63,939 nt of DNA, filler included, from Globobulimina sp. (GCA_003354225.1; 48 parts of 48 records of this genome joined end to end with filler, not necessarily neighbours in it), one strand, 5' to 3'; shown: positions 1 through 13,350, numbered from the whole stretch's first letter. The notes: generated by a model from the letters alone, not told the origin. Made by a program: numbers and translations.

Positions 1-1069
1 TCCCTGTGATACAGCTTCAACAGTATTAATTACGATTTGTTGTTCATCATGATATTCATCCATGGCGATCGAGGCGGACACAATACGCTCTCTTCCAAAT
101 CGAGATTTACCTTTTCTTGCTTGATAAAAATAATATAAACCAGCAGATATTATCAAAACTAATGCGCCAATGATTCCACCTAATACACCAATTAAGGCTG
201 TTAATTCGTTCTAGATCGATAGTTTGAGCATAATTTGTAGAGTTTGCAAACACAAATTTGAACTGTTGCTACATACAAAAATATAAAAACAAACACTAAA
301 CCGATTCAGAAGCATGTTGTTGTTTCGCCGCATTATATCCATCATCAAAATTGCCAGATCCATGTCTTCCATCTCTACGTTCAATGGAATAACAATCATT
401 TTGTACTGCATTGAATGCACATTCTGCATCGCCATCATCATCTGCTAAATCAGCACAATCTGATTCGGCTAAACCTGAACAATTATCTTCTTCACTCTCC
501 ACATCGAAGCTATCATCTACACTCTCGACACTCCCAGCCGCAGAGTCCGAGCCAGATACCGATCCAGAGACAGATTCAGAGACAGATCCAGAGGCAGAAC
601 CGGAGGCAGAACCGGAGGCGGAGTCAGAGTCAGATGATAGACTTCCACTTCCTGTCGAATCTAAACCAGAGCCACTTACACTATCAAAAGATCCATCTTC
701 TGTGGTCTCGAGCTCATTATCCATAGAATCTGGTTCTTCGGTGTTATCGATATCTGTTTTTGCAATTTGTATATTATATTAATTAATATTTAGTTTGTGC
801 TTAGTTTTTGCGTGCAAGTATGACAAACCGTCATCATTAAAATCGGTTTCATCATCTAAATCGAAATCGGTTGCATCATCTAAATCTGTTCCATCATCAG
901 GTGTGCCATCGTCCGCTCCATCGGTTCCATCATCATTTGTATTTGTTTGAGTGGCATCGTCACCGGTGGTGCTAGGTGTGGCTTGTAATAATTGTCGTGA
1001 ATTATCTGCTGCGATATTAGGTACGTTTGCGATGAGTAATAATGCTAAAAATACTAATTTGTATAACAT
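1..1069 (-). CDS. Acidic Ser/Asp-rich type I membrane protein, 3 exons, 3' truncated
   Basis: ATG 1069 with signal peptide MLYKLVFLALLLIA. GT-AG introns 754-828 and 211-301 keep frame. S/G/D repeats, a 4-Cys module, then TM LIGVLGGIIGALVLIISAGLYYFY in exon 1-210. Confidence 0.8.
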
Positions 1070-1235
1070 GTTGTTCTTAGTGTCGGTAGTGCTAAAATTA
1101 AAATGTGGAGTTGTTGATTTAAAAAACTTTTTACCAAGGTTTAGCACATTGGATTCATCGTTTAAAGCTACTTTCATTTAAGAATGGATGCAAACATTTT
1201 TAACAAATTGAAAGGCATTGATGAATGGTGTAAGA

Positions 1236-1335
1236 NNNNNNNNNNNNNNNNNNNNNNNNNNNNNNNNNNNNNNNNNNNNTTAATTAATTAANNNNNNNNN
1301 NNNNNNNNNNNNNNNNNNNNNNNNNNNNNNNNNNN
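1236..1335. other. Artificial contig spacer (44 N + TTAATTAATTAA + 44 N); recurs 47 times about every 1334 bp
   Basis: Identical 100-nt linker with stops in all six frames separates about 1235-bp pieces of unrelated content. Confidence 0.99.
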
Positions 1336-1554
1336 AAGCCTGGAAAGCTCAGATATTGTCATTTTTGATTTTGACTGCCCCGTGAGTATTCCCCTTATCA
1401 AAACATTTTCTAAACTGTTTAATATATATAATCCGCAACTTTAATGTCAAACAAAATTCAATATTTTTTAGGATCTACACCACAACACATGTAGCCAAAA
1501 TATATTTAGTTAAATAAATGTTATTTATTGACATATAATTTCCTTTAATATATC

Positions 1555-1593
1555 TGGACTAGATAGTCCACATAAATAAGGACTAGATAGTCC
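1555..1593. promoter_or_regulatory. Two tandem palindromic operator-like sites GGACTA-GA-TAGTCC
   Basis: Identical 14-bp inverted repeats at 1556-1569 and 1580-1593, just after TTGACA (1528-1533) and upstream of a bacterial gene. Confidence 0.7.
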
Positions 1594-1694
1594 ATACATA
1601 AAGAATATCTTATTTTTAAGTCTCTGGTTTTATAAGCCAAAGACTGTCGGCAAGGTTGTGGTTGGTGTCATTTTACAATAAGGAGGGCAAAAGA

Positions 1695-2570
1695 TTGGAA
1701 ACCAGGATAAAATCAAAGGCTTTTCAGAAAATTGCTGAGGCCTCAGAGGCGATCACCAATCCTGAAATTGAAAAATGGAAGGATGAGGGGAAAAAAGTAT
1801 TGGGATACTTCTGCTCAGCACTACCGGGAGAATTGGTTACTGCAGCAGGTATGCTTCCGGTTCGATTGAGAGCCACAGGCAGCACAAGCACAGAGCTTTC
1901 AGATTCTTTTTTCAGCAATCTCAACTGTAGTTTTCCTCGCCACGCATTTAACTCGGCGCTTAAAGGAGACTTCGACTTTGCAGATGGTGTTATCATCTTC
2001 AATAGTTGCGATCATATCCGTCGTATTTACGATCACTGGACACGGCAGTTGGACACATCCTTTGTTAAAATATTAGGCCTTCCAAAAAAAGCTGAACAAC
2101 CTCAGGTGGAGTGGTTCAGAGCCGAACTGGCCGAGCTCATGGAGGAGATGCAGGCGCATTTTGGTGTGACGTTTCCCGACGACAAGCTGAGAGAAGCCAT
2201 CAAGCTCCACAATGAATCGCGGCGGTTAATGCGAAAAATCTATGACCTTCGAAAAAGCGACAACCCACCCATTACCGGCGCTGAAATGATGGCCATCACT
2301 GTTGCATCCACCGCCATGCCGCAAAATGTGTTTATTGATCTGCTTAAGGAACTTTTAGATGAGCTTGGCACCACACAAGGAGACGGAAAACATCGGGCAA
2401 GAATCCTGCTTATGGGAGGAGAACTGGATAATCCGGAATATGTAAAGACCATTGAAGATCAGGGTGCCCTTGTTGTTTCAGACACCTTGTGCTTTGGATC
2501 AAGAATGCTCTGGAAGGATGTGAATGAAGAAAAGCAGACTCAAAACACAAACATTTCTTCATTAAACAAA
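1695..2570 (+). CDS. Bacterial 2-hydroxyacyl-CoA dehydratase / benzoyl-CoA reductase subunit (HgdA/HgdB family), 3' truncated
   Basis: AGGAGG RBS at 1681, TTG at 1695. Motifs GYFCSALPGELVTAAG, NLNCSF, NSCDHIRRIYD, RILLMGG, DTLCFGSR; no introns. Confidence 0.9.
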
Positions 2571-2670
2571 NNNNNNNNNNNNNNNNNNNNNNNNNNNNNN
2601 NNNNNNNNNNNNNNTTAATTAATTAANNNNNNNNNNNNNNNNNNNNNNNNNNNNNNNNNNNNNNNNNNNN

Positions 2671-3545
2671 TGAAGTTTTGAAGAAATTGCATTTTTTCAA
2701 GTTTTAAAGCTTTTTCAAAAATCAAGATATTTACATTTTTTGCAAATTCAATAAAAAAAAAGGGAAAGATGCGTTCGAAAATGGTAATATCATATTCATC
2801 GTTCATTGGAGAATTTTCCTGTTTTGCTCTCTTTCTCGTTTCCATAGCACATCGGGAGGAGATCCAAGGAATGCATTTCCGTGAAAATATTAATATGACA
2901 AACCACCATCCAATGATAGCCACTACAACGTCAAGAATAGCATTTGCATTCACTTCGTCACCAACGCCATAAACAAACAGTTCCACCACTTCCCATCCAA
3001 TAACAATTCCCGCCATCCACACGAATGGAAACATCACACCAAATAACACCCCAACAAATGTATGGTTAATGGTCCATAAATCCACGGCGCGCGAATTTGT
3101 ATTAAATCTCCTATCGTCGGGTAACAAGCCGCCATCGGTTGCAATGTGAAATTCCCAGAATAAAAATATGAAACTGCCAAAATACAACACGAATGCGGCA
3201 ATTTTGAACCACCACGGCGCGATTTGATGTTGCCAGGGAGTATAAATTACCGTTAAAAAAGCCACAAAAATCAAAAAAATTGCCACAATTAATATTTTTT
3301 CTGGTTGCAACTCTTTTATACCTGCAGTTGGAAAAAAAAACACAATGCAAAATTTAAAATATTTTAGCTGTAATATTTATGGTATAATTCATACCCAATA
3401 TTTCGCCTTGTTGTTCTGCTCCGGATATTACGCAATATATAAAAGCTACAATGGCTAATAATATCAGTTTAAGAATTAACCAATAACACGTTGATTCTTT
3501 TCGCCATTCGGGGAAATGTTCTATACAACAATCTGAATTGCACAT
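2671..3545 (-). CDS. Multi-pass membrane protein with DUF2585-like H/E/D motifs, 2 exons
   Basis: ATG 3545, intron 3322-3394 (GTATGA...CTGCAG). Several TM helices; motifs DLWTINH...G, GWEVVE, GDE..NAILD. Confidence 0.6.
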
Positions 3546-4295
3546 AGTTTTCTTTTGCCTTAGTCCGTGTACGTTGGGAGGATGCTTCAACGTTCAGGTA
3601 TTGCGAAATAAATTTTCCCGCGTTTTCGAAATAAATAAAATGTAGTTTTGTATCCTCGCACTCAGCGCGCAATCACACACCGCGCTGCTATTTTGGTGTA
3701 GAATGTTATAGATTATAAGTATGTTAATAAGGGGACTAAGATAAAGTAAATACAAAGAAGAAAGAATATAAATAGGATACAATAATAGATATACAAGTAT
3801 TAATAGGAATTATGAGGACTTATGATATTGAGGAATATAGAGGATCACAACATCACTCCGTCCCAAGATTGGTCAGTAGCAATCTTTTATAATGGGATAA
3901 TCGGANNNNNNNNNNNNNNNNNNNNNNNNNNNNNNNNNNNNNNNNNNNNTTAATTAATTAANNNNNNNNNNNNNNNNNNNNNNNNNNNNNNNNNNNNNNN
4001 NNNNNAATCAACACTGCTTAGGTTGCAAAAGCAAAATATTATATAATCATTTGTCTTGTTTCCAAGTCTTCAAAAAATCAATTTTGTACTGCTGCTTAAG
4101 AACAGGGTTTTTTTGACGTGCAAATAAATAATATTTAGAAAATTTTGAATATACATATCTTTCGAAAGGAGTTCTTTCCACTTTTTTTTTAGAAAGTGCA
4201 AGGATAAAAATTAAATATTCTGCATTTGACATTTGACATTTATCAAAAAGTACCATGTAAGTCATCGGAGTTACAACTTACTGCGCATACAAATG

Positions 4296-5213
4296 TTATT
4301 GTGTTTCTTCGAATGTTTGCCATAATACTTGTGTATCATTAAAATTATATAACTCCCCAACTTCTTGACCAATATCATCAGCAAATATTGTCATTGCATA
4401 CTTCTGCATTACATTAAGCGAAATGTATGACTCATTTGATGTGTTTAATAGCCATAACTGAGTATCAATTGAATCGATACCAATTCCAAACATTAACAAT
4501 AATACATTACGAAACGGCCAATACTTTGCGTTAAAAATACATGTTGAATTTTGTTGACAAAAGCCTAAATTATATGGAAATGCTACACTTAATTGCGGAT
4601 ATTCCATGGCATGAAATAATATTCCACTTGCTTTGATATCCGAATTATAAAAAAAATGTCCATGGAACAAATCAAATCTAGTAAAATTAAAATCTATTTC
4701 ATAATCATTCATTGAATACTTAATAATATCTTCAAATATGGAGTGCATTTTACTTTGCAATGTATCATCTTTGGCTGTAAATGAGATATTATGCAATAAC
4801 AATTTGCATTTATTATCTGCTGCTTTTGCAATTGGATATTGTCCATATATTGGTTTCTCCACTTCCAATAAGCTCAATATGTTATTTGTTTGAATTGCAT
4901 CATGTAACGAAGCAAACAACTTCGTTTCTTCAGATTCATTGTTGAAGTGCTTCAATGATAACGCAAATGTTTCGTTATTGATGCTCTGTATGTCTCGAGA
5001 TAATAATTGCAACATTTCTGATCCTCGATAGGTGAAATTGGCATTGACATGATGTGGATCTAAGACTACAACACTTACTATAATACCAATAAAGATCAGT
5101 AACGTTGATAATACGATGATTATCAATAGTTTTGATTGGAAACAGTTTGAAACATTAATGTATTGTCGGTTGGAAAATAATAATAATTGTTTGTGGTTAT
5201 CGTTAGAACGCAT
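4296..5213 (-). CDS. Hypothetical type II membrane protein
   Basis: 305-aa ORF, one N-terminal TM segment, several N-x-S/T sequons. Confidence 0.6.
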   Translation of the reverse strand: MRSNDNHKQLLLFSNRQYINVSNCFQSKLLIIIVLSTLLIFIGIIVSVVVLDPHHVNANFTYRGSEMLQLLSRDIQSINNETFALSLKHFNNESEETKLFASLHDAIQTNNILSLLEVEKPIYGQYPIAKAADNKCKLLLHNISFTAKDDTLQSKMHSIFEDIIKYSMNDYEIDFNFTRFDLFHGHFFYNSDIKASGILFHAMEYPQLSVAFPYNLGFCQQNSTCIFNAKYWPFRNVLLLMFGIGIDSIDTQLWLLNTSNESYISLNVMQKYAMTIFADDIGQEVGELYNFNDTQVLWQTFEETQ

Positions 5214-5342
5214 TGCTCAGAAAGCTGTTTGTGACCACAANNNNNNNNNNNNNNNNNNNNNNNNNNNNNNNNNNNNNNNNNNNNTTAATTAATTAANNNN
5301 NNNNNNNNNNNNNNNNNNNNNNNNNNNNNNNNNNNNNNNNTT

Positions 5343-5861
5343 GAATTTATCCATTCTAAAAATGTGTGTCATAATGATGTGTCATTAGAAAACGTGGTGA
5401 TTAACGATGTCAAAGTGAATTATTGTCAAAACGTAAAAAATAAACAATCAAAAATTACATTCCATTGTGCTGATATTCGAGTAAAAATAATTGATTTCGG
5501 ATTAAGCACAGTCTTTAAATATAATTTCCGGAGCAATAATTATTGCGGCAAAACCGCGTATAAATCACCAGAAATAATATCCAAAGAAAAAACATTTGAT
5601 GCAAAAAGTAATGATTGTTGGGGATTGGGGATATGTTTATTTATGATGGTATTTGGTTGTGCGCCGTGGAAAAAAGCCGATGAATCTGATATGTTGTTTG
5701 TGTTTATTATGGACGGTCATCTTAGAGATGTTTTGGAATCGTGGGGTTTGCTTAAAAATGCTACTCCTGAGATTATTAATTTATTGCAGCTGTTTTTTCG
5801 ATATGAAGATGAACGAATTTGTTTAAATCAAATCAAAGAGCATCCATGGATGAAAAATTAA
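5343..5861 (+). CDS. Ser/Thr protein kinase, C-terminal half
   Basis: HNDVSLEN catalytic loop, IIDFG, YCGKTAYKSPE, DCWGLG, HPW. Confidence 0.93.
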   Translation, partial: EFIHSKNVCHNDVSLENVVINDVKVNYCQNVKNKQSKITFHCADIRVKIIDFGLSTVFKYNFRSNNYCGKTAYKSPEIISKEKTFDAKSNDCWGLGICLFMMVFGCAPWKKADESDMLFVFIMDGHLRDVLESWGLLKNATPEIINLLQLFFRYEDERICLNQIKEHPWMKN

Positions 5862-6575
5862 TATTCTACTATTAATTATTAAATAGCTTTTTTTTTTTAT
5901 TATTTATTATTTATAATACATTTCAGAAACTTTTGTATATGGATTCAGAAAAATAACTTTTGGATTCAGAAACTGAAAATGTATAAAATAATGTACAGTA
6001 TGTTTTGAAGTTTAATTTGTTGAGTGATTTGTGTGTTAATTAATAAGTGTGTTTTGTGTCTGAATTGTTTTGCAAGTTTGATTGTTTAATATTTGTTTGC
6101 CTGTGTATACATATTAAATCTGTTTATTTTTGTTTGTCTGTTCATACAAATTAAATATATCAAAATTACAATAAAACAGATTCCACAGTGAACCGGACTT
6201 TTTACCAAAATGGCTTAATTGAGTTTCCATTGTTGAATTGCAATGAAGAAAGAATATGCTAAAAAGGTTGAGCATGGTCAAGATCAAAAAGTATTAACAC
6301 GTTGTAATCGGCCAATCAGACGGTTAGGCTGTGTCCGAATCCACCATTTTTGATGCCTTTTCACAAAACTTTAGTACTATAAATTATTTTAAACATTTTC
6401 AGTTTCTTAATCCAAAAATTATTTTTCTAAAACCAAAAAAAAAAATTTCTGAAATGTATTATAAATAAAAAATAAAAAAAAAAAAAAGCTATTTAATAAT
6501 TAATAGTAGAATATTAATTTTTCATCCATGGATGCTCTTTGATTTGATTTAAACAAATTCGTTCATCTTCATATC
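5800..6575. repeat. Inverted duplication (5800-~5990 vs ~6382-6575), probable amplification fold-back
   Basis: The contig end is the reverse complement of the kinase 3' end and UTR; exact for about 90 bp, then mismatched beyond a homopolymer. Confidence 0.85.
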
Positions 6576-6675
6576 NNNNNNNNNNNNNNNNNNNNNNNNN
6601 NNNNNNNNNNNNNNNNNNNTTAATTAATTAANNNNNNNNNNNNNNNNNNNNNNNNNNNNNNNNNNNNNNNNNNNN

Positions 6676-7569
6676 ATCTACAAAGCAGTCTGTGAGTACG
6701 ACAACTGGTTACAGCGCGAATATAATATTTACGATGATGACGCTTCGTCGTTGGTAGAACCGGTCATTGAGAATACTGCACAGTCGCACACTGCGACAGA
6801 CTTATTGTGGGAGAAAGGCATTGATCCGAGCTCTGATGATATATCATTGTTATTGTCGCCGTTGTTGGATGCCGCCAAACAAAATCAATGTTTATTGCTG
6901 AAGCAGGGTTGGTGGACAGTGGAGTTTTGTTATGGTTCCTTTATTCGACAGATCCATTTGGAAGCAAAGAAGCAGACAAATAAAGATGGCGAAATTGTGC
7001 AATCTGTGGCGGAGTGGGACATCAAACAGGAACATGTGATTGGGAAATGGGCGGTGGATGCCGTTATAACTTCGGCGTCGTATATGATACATAAGAATGC
7101 AAACGATCCACAGCGGACTTATGCCTCCATTGTGTATGATGGCGGGGATGAATGCGATGTGACCAAACAAGGGAGGAAGACGGAGATCCAGTTTCGCTGT
7201 GCTTTGAATGAGAGGAGCTCTCAGTTGGTCAAGTCGAGGGAAGACCCCTCGTGTTATTATATTGCACAAGTTGAGACACCGCTGTTGTGCCAGCATCCCG
7301 CCTTTAAGATACCGAGTGCGCCGAAACATGAGATTGTATGTTATCCGTTTGATGAAAAGGAGTTTGTTGAACCTGCGAGTTTGATGAAGCAAGTGGCGGA
7401 TATTGAGGCGGAAACGGATGAGATTTTGCGGATGGTGACAACAGCTGCAAAGCTAAAATATCAAGAAGAGGAAGAAGAAGAACAGCAAGAAAAGCAGAAA
7501 GGTGATGATATTGCGCAAGGAGAAGAAGTGAAGATTGAGAATAAAATACCTCCAAAGCTTGAATTGTGA
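6676..7569 (+). CDS. OS-9/Yos9-like ER lectin (MRH domain), 5' truncated
   Basis: GWWTVEFCYGSFIRQIH, YDGGDECDVT..RKTEIQFRC, EDPSCYY...TPLLC; acidic tail ending KLEL (KDEL-like). Confidence 0.85.
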   Translation: MYKAVCEYDNWLQREYNIYDDDASSLVEPVIENTAQSHTATDLLWEKGIDPSSDDISLLLSPLLDAAKQNQCLLLKQGWWTVEFCYGSFIRQIHLEAKKQTNKDGEIVQSVAEWDIKQEHVIGKWAVDAVITSASYMIHKNANDPQRTYASIVYDGGDECDVTKQGRKTEIQFRCALNERSSQLVKSREDPSCYYIAQVETPLLCQHPAFKIPSAPKHEIVCYPFDEKEFVEPASLMKQVADIEAETDEILRMVTTAAKLKYQEEEEEEQQEKQKGDDIAQGEEVKIENKIPPKLEL

Positions 7570-8010
7570 CCATTATATAACCTTGTCTTAAGTCTTAACG
7601 TTTAACTAATTTACTAGATGTGTCAAATCTGTACCACACTTACCAATCAGAGTCAAGTAACTTCCACCTATTTTCAGGACATGTGAGTGGTCCCAGAGAT
7701 ACAGAATCTACATGAATTGGCTGTTAGGGAATGTTGGTAAATGACGTAACTTCTTACCAATGAAATGTGTATATGCCTCCAATCTGCCCCATAAATATTA
7801 AAGCGTACACTAATATCATAAAAAACATATTAATTTGCATGTGTAGTTGTCACAGTTGTGAAGTTTTGGCGTTTGAAAGCATCGACATAAAAGTCGGTTA
7901 AGGTATTGTANNNNNNNNNNNNNNNNNNNNNNNNNNNNNNNNNNNNNNNNNNNNTTAATTAATTAANNNNNNNNNNNNNNNNNNNNNNNNNNNNNNNNNN
8001 NNNNNNNNNN

Positions 8011-8596
8011 AACTTATCAAATACGCCACAAGTTATACGTGGTGGTTTGCGGATGGATTTTTTAGATTTCTTAGCAGATTCCGGTTTGTTTTTGTTTCTG
8101 TTTTTGTGTTTAAATGGTAATGTTAAGGGGATGAAATCAGATAATTTGATGCATTTAGTTTCAATGTCATAGGCTTGATAGGAATAATTAATGGTTGACA
8201 GTCATGCAAATGAATGATGCACAATTTTGAAGACCTTCCATGAAGCCATGAATGTTCAATGGGTTTGTTTTCAAATTGTATTTTAATCAACACTTTGTTT
8301 GTAACAATGTCCCATAATAATAATAAGCCGTTCCAGTCAGAGGATAATAATTTGCTGCCATTACGCGACCAACTAACGGAAGTCACAATTCCTGAATGGG
8401 ATAATAATCTTTTTGCAATACTTCGGGTCTCAAAATCCCAAATGTTTATGGCTCCTTCACGACAGCCAATGGCTAATAAGGTACCACGGCGATTGAATGT
8501 GCAACACGCTGAGGTGCCGTCTTTGGAGGCACGAATTCGTTCATCTAATTGTTTGGGATAATCGTGGCCTGTTGGCTCAATGTATTTTAAGTTCAT
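8011..8596 (-). CDS. RBBP5: RBBP5/Swd1 COMPASS WD40 subunit, N-terminal part with an apparent frameshift near 8180
   Basis: MNL...DYP...CTFNRRGTLLAIGCREGAINIWDFETRSIAK...SVSWSRNGSKLLS matches the RBBP5 N-terminus; a second frame continues to ITCGVFDK at the contig edge. Confidence 0.88.
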
Positions 8597-8666
8597 TACG
8601 GCAAATCCTCGCGCTTTGCTCTAAATTAAAAGAAAACCGTAACCGGATGACATTTTTACTAAATGT

Positions 8667-9245
8667 TCAATTGCTAAAAAATTTTGCCAGACTGGGTGTG
8701 TTTTGTGGCTTGTTAAGTTTCTGTTTGATTGATTCCGACGTATTCTTGCCAGACTCACCAAACTTTTCCTGCATTTGTTTCCATTCCGCATCAGCGCTGG
8801 CTGCAGATATAGTTTTCTTACATTTATCATCCTCGTCGCTATTATAACTGTTCATATCCTCATCATAATCATCATCATCATCATACGACGCAAAGCCAGA
8901 GGATAATAGCTTCCCTCTCAGACCATTCTCATTAGTTTTCTTTTTCTCATTTCCTTCCTCCAATGATGGCATTTTCATTTTTCTTTTCATTTTTAAATTT
9001 TCCACTCTTGCTTTATTTAATGACGATTTTAAAATGGATGCAGCCGCATGTTTCACCGTTGAATTTTTAATAAAATTTTCATTGGACTTTTCAAAATATG
9101 ATTGTTTCAATTTATTGATTTCCTCCATTCGTGGAGTCATAAAATTAACTCTTCTCCGTTTTGGATTAACATCGCAGACATAATCACGTCCAACGTCCTC
9201 AAAAATATCAAAATCATTAACATCAATATAATTTTTCTCCTCATT
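8667..9245 (-). CDS. Hypothetical charged low-complexity protein, C-terminal part
   Basis: Open K/E/D-rich frame ending 70 bp upstream of RBBP5. Confidence 0.55.
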   Translation of the reverse strand, partial: NEEKNYIDVNDFDIFEDVGRDYVCDVNPKRRRVNFMTPRMEEINKLKQSYFEKSNENFIKNSTVKHAAASILKSSLNKARVENLKMKRKMKMPSLEEGNEKKKTNENGLRGKLLSSGFASYDDDDDYDEDMNSYNSDEDDKCKKTISAASADAEWKQMQEKFGESGKNTSESIKQKLNKPQNTPSLAKFFSN

Positions 9246-9345
9246 NNNNNNNNNNNNNNNNNNNNNNNNNNNNNNNNNNNNNNNNNNNNTTAATTAATTA
9301 ANNNNNNNNNNNNNNNNNNNNNNNNNNNNNNNNNNNNNNNNNNNN

Positions 9346-9500
9346 TGTTTGAAAATTCTTGAAAACCGTAAATTCCGTGGGATTTTCCAATACCACTCGA
9401 TTTAACTCCACCAAATGGTAAATTATAGTTTGCAAATTGCACGACACAGTCATTAATTACAATTCCTCCGGAAGAGGTAGATCTCGAAATTAAATCAATG
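9346..9500 (-). CDS. Aldehyde dehydrogenase C-terminal fragment, bacterial-like chimeric segment
   Basis: TSSGGIVINDCVVQFANYNLPFGGVKSSGIGKSHGIYGFQEFSN, the ALDH PFGG..SG.G signature. Confidence 0.85.
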
Positions 9501-9509
9501 AAATTTTGT

Positions 9510-10580
<1,071 letters not shown>

Positions 10581-10680
10581 NNNNNNNNNNNNNNNNNNNN
10601 NNNNNNNNNNNNNNNNNNNNNNNNTTAATTAATTAANNNNNNNNNNNNNNNNNNNNNNNNNNNNNNNNNNNNNNNNNNNN

Positions 10681-11081
10681 TCAGCTCCACCCTTTGCTGG
10701 AAGCGTTCTATGACCCATTGCTACAGAAACTTCCATCTTAGGATAGAAAGTAGAGTAACAACCCTTGTTGTAATACTTTGGCATCGGCTGTCTGTACCTA
10801 TGAGCCATAAAGCCTGTATGAAATGGCATCGTGGCAATAAGACCAAAGACAACTTTTCCTTTAGGAAAGGTCTGTTTGGGATACCTAAACTTTGAAGTAG
10901 TGACAAAATTGTATACAAGTTTTGAAATGTTATGTTTGATATTGGGTAAGGTGAATCGTGTAATCCACAATTTTCGATCATATTCTGGCACAACAAGAGT
11001 ATTAATTTTACAGGTATAGCCAGATTCAGGATTTAAAGATGATGCTTTAAGAGACTCAATTAAAAGCGTCGCAAAAAACAC
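10681..11081 (-). CDS. Possible hypothetical protein fragment
   Basis: About 130 open codons, no recognisable motif. Confidence 0.25.
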
Positions 11082-13350
11082 ACCGTGTTGACAGTACCTA
11101 ATGGTTTATTATGACATGGACATAACAATTGCACAAACTAATCAACATCTAAATAACTTATTGCATTTTGTTTCTTGCCTCACCATCAACCTACACAGTC
11201 GCCAAGCTGCACAACGAGTTGACATATCCAGTTTAATACATTTTATCCCATCGAATATTTAAATTAATTTTATTTCATCGAATATTGATGATATCGATCT
11301 GACATTTTGTGTGTTTCTTGGGAATTTGGAGCAAGTTTTCCATGATAACACAGATCAAGTTAGAGCAAGTTAGATGAGTCAACTACCAAGTCAACATCTG
11401 AAACATAACATCTGAAACATAACTACCAAGTCAACAAGTAAAGGAAAATTTCCCATATTCCATATCAGCAGATTATCAGGTATACATGTTATATTCAATA
11501 GCAACATACATATTTCATAGCAATATAAAATAGTCAAGGGTCGAAGCAGCAGCCAAGAAAAAGTTAGTTGCAGCAAACACCTTTTACAGTCATAAAATCA
11601 ATAAATATAAAAAACATACTCACTGTTACATTTCAGCTGTCTCACTGTTACATTTTATAACAATTATAATAAAATCAAGAACAATTATAATAAAATAGTA
11701 TTTGAGGAATTTGTCAGTGTTGCAACCAATCTAACATGTCACTTATTTAATTTAATTCTTTTGTTTTTAAAGACTATTTCTTTTGTGTTATCATCTTGTT
11801 ACATTGTTACGAGAGTGATCATTTATTAAAGGTTGTATTTGCAATCTATTTAAGTGCTTTTATGCCAATCTTAAGGTATTTCCCATCAACGCTACGTATT
11901 GCGCCTTAATATATCNNNNNNNNNNNNNNNNNNNNNNNNNNNNNNNNNNNNNNNNNNNNTTAATTAATTAANNNNNNNNNNNNNNNNNNNNNNNNNNNNN
12001 NNNNNNNNNNNNNNNGCTAGATCAGCACGGAAGAAGTACTGTATGTACAGTAATATAATAATTACAATAAGCTTATAATTAGCATTTATTATAATTAAAA
12101 CCACAAATTATAGCAGTAATCACATATATTACGATCAAACATATGAATAATAATTTATTATATATTAATATCATCTTTATGTTTTTCCATCTCATTCTAT
12201 TCGAAATCATTGGTATGAGGGTCTATATATATCGACTCAATTGCAATGAATTCAAATAACAAAATAAAAATATTATTTAATACAAAAGTAATTAAGGTAT
12301 ATCACTTAAGACGTCGACGAGACCGAGACAGGCAATATTTTTGTCGAAACAAATGAAAATTCAAATAATTTATATTTATTTGATTATGTATTTATTACTT
12401 GTCGTAGAGACTGCGTTGTTAATATATCATTTATACAAAAAAGGTATCACGGAAACAATTTAATTGATTATTTTGGAGCGTTGTATCATTTGAAGCAGGC
12501 AAATCAATGGTATTCGTATGATGGTATATATCATGGCCAATATATCATGGCCAATGAAACAGAAAATATTGACACAATATATGAATGTCAACCATTTTAT
12601 GCATATATATTTGATAATGCTAAATATGTGATTTCATTTCATTTGGATTTATTGATGATATTTAATTTAATAATAATTACTAGAAATCAAATGATATGAT
12701 CGATTATAAAATATGTGCCACAGAATTCACTCTGACATGAACAAGTACTGTATACGTATCGCTCCATGCAGATGAAAGATAGGAATTGCTTTTGCTCTTC
12801 TCTTCTCTTGACACATTTTATCGGATTAATTCAAATAATGGAAACTTTCAGATAAATATGATTAAATTCAATTGCTCTGACATGACATGACATGAATCAT
12901 AATTGTGATACAGACTATAGCTTAGCAAGTGAAGCATGGCAGCTGCCGATTATGAACGGCGTGCCTACCACGCTCTAAAATTAGCATTCATCTAAAATTA
13001 GCAGTCAGCATTTCTCCGCACTCTCTCGAATGCCTCCCAAAAAGAATCCGGTACACATTGCCTCAGCACTGAAAACTGCCTTGTCTCATTTGTCAGTACT
13101 CTGTCTCTGGTTTATACTGTGGTTTGTGGGTATTTTCCCTTCGTTGCAGTTGCTGTTGGCAGTCCTCACTCTTTCTGTTTTATTAATCAACATTCTAGTT
13201 TTCTCAAACACAATTTTGTTCGCGACTTATGCAAAATCAATCAACGATTANNNNNNNNNNNNNNNNNNNNNNNNNNNNNNNNNNNNNNNNNNNNTTAATT
13301 AATTAANNNNNNNNNNNNNNNNNNNNNNNNNNNNNNNNNNNNNNNNNNNN

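Noticed and set aside
411..782. Plus-strand EPEA-repeat ORF and His/Gln-rich ORF
   Set aside because: Antisense shadows of the spliced minus-strand gene
5800..6575. Tail-to-tail duplicated kinase gene
   Set aside because: Exact match to the contig end, then A-biased mismatches after a homopolymer; fits fold-back plus poor read quality
12016..13250. Short ORFs 12481-12699 and 13030-13302
   Set aside because: No recognisable motif; the contig looks non-coding or chimeric
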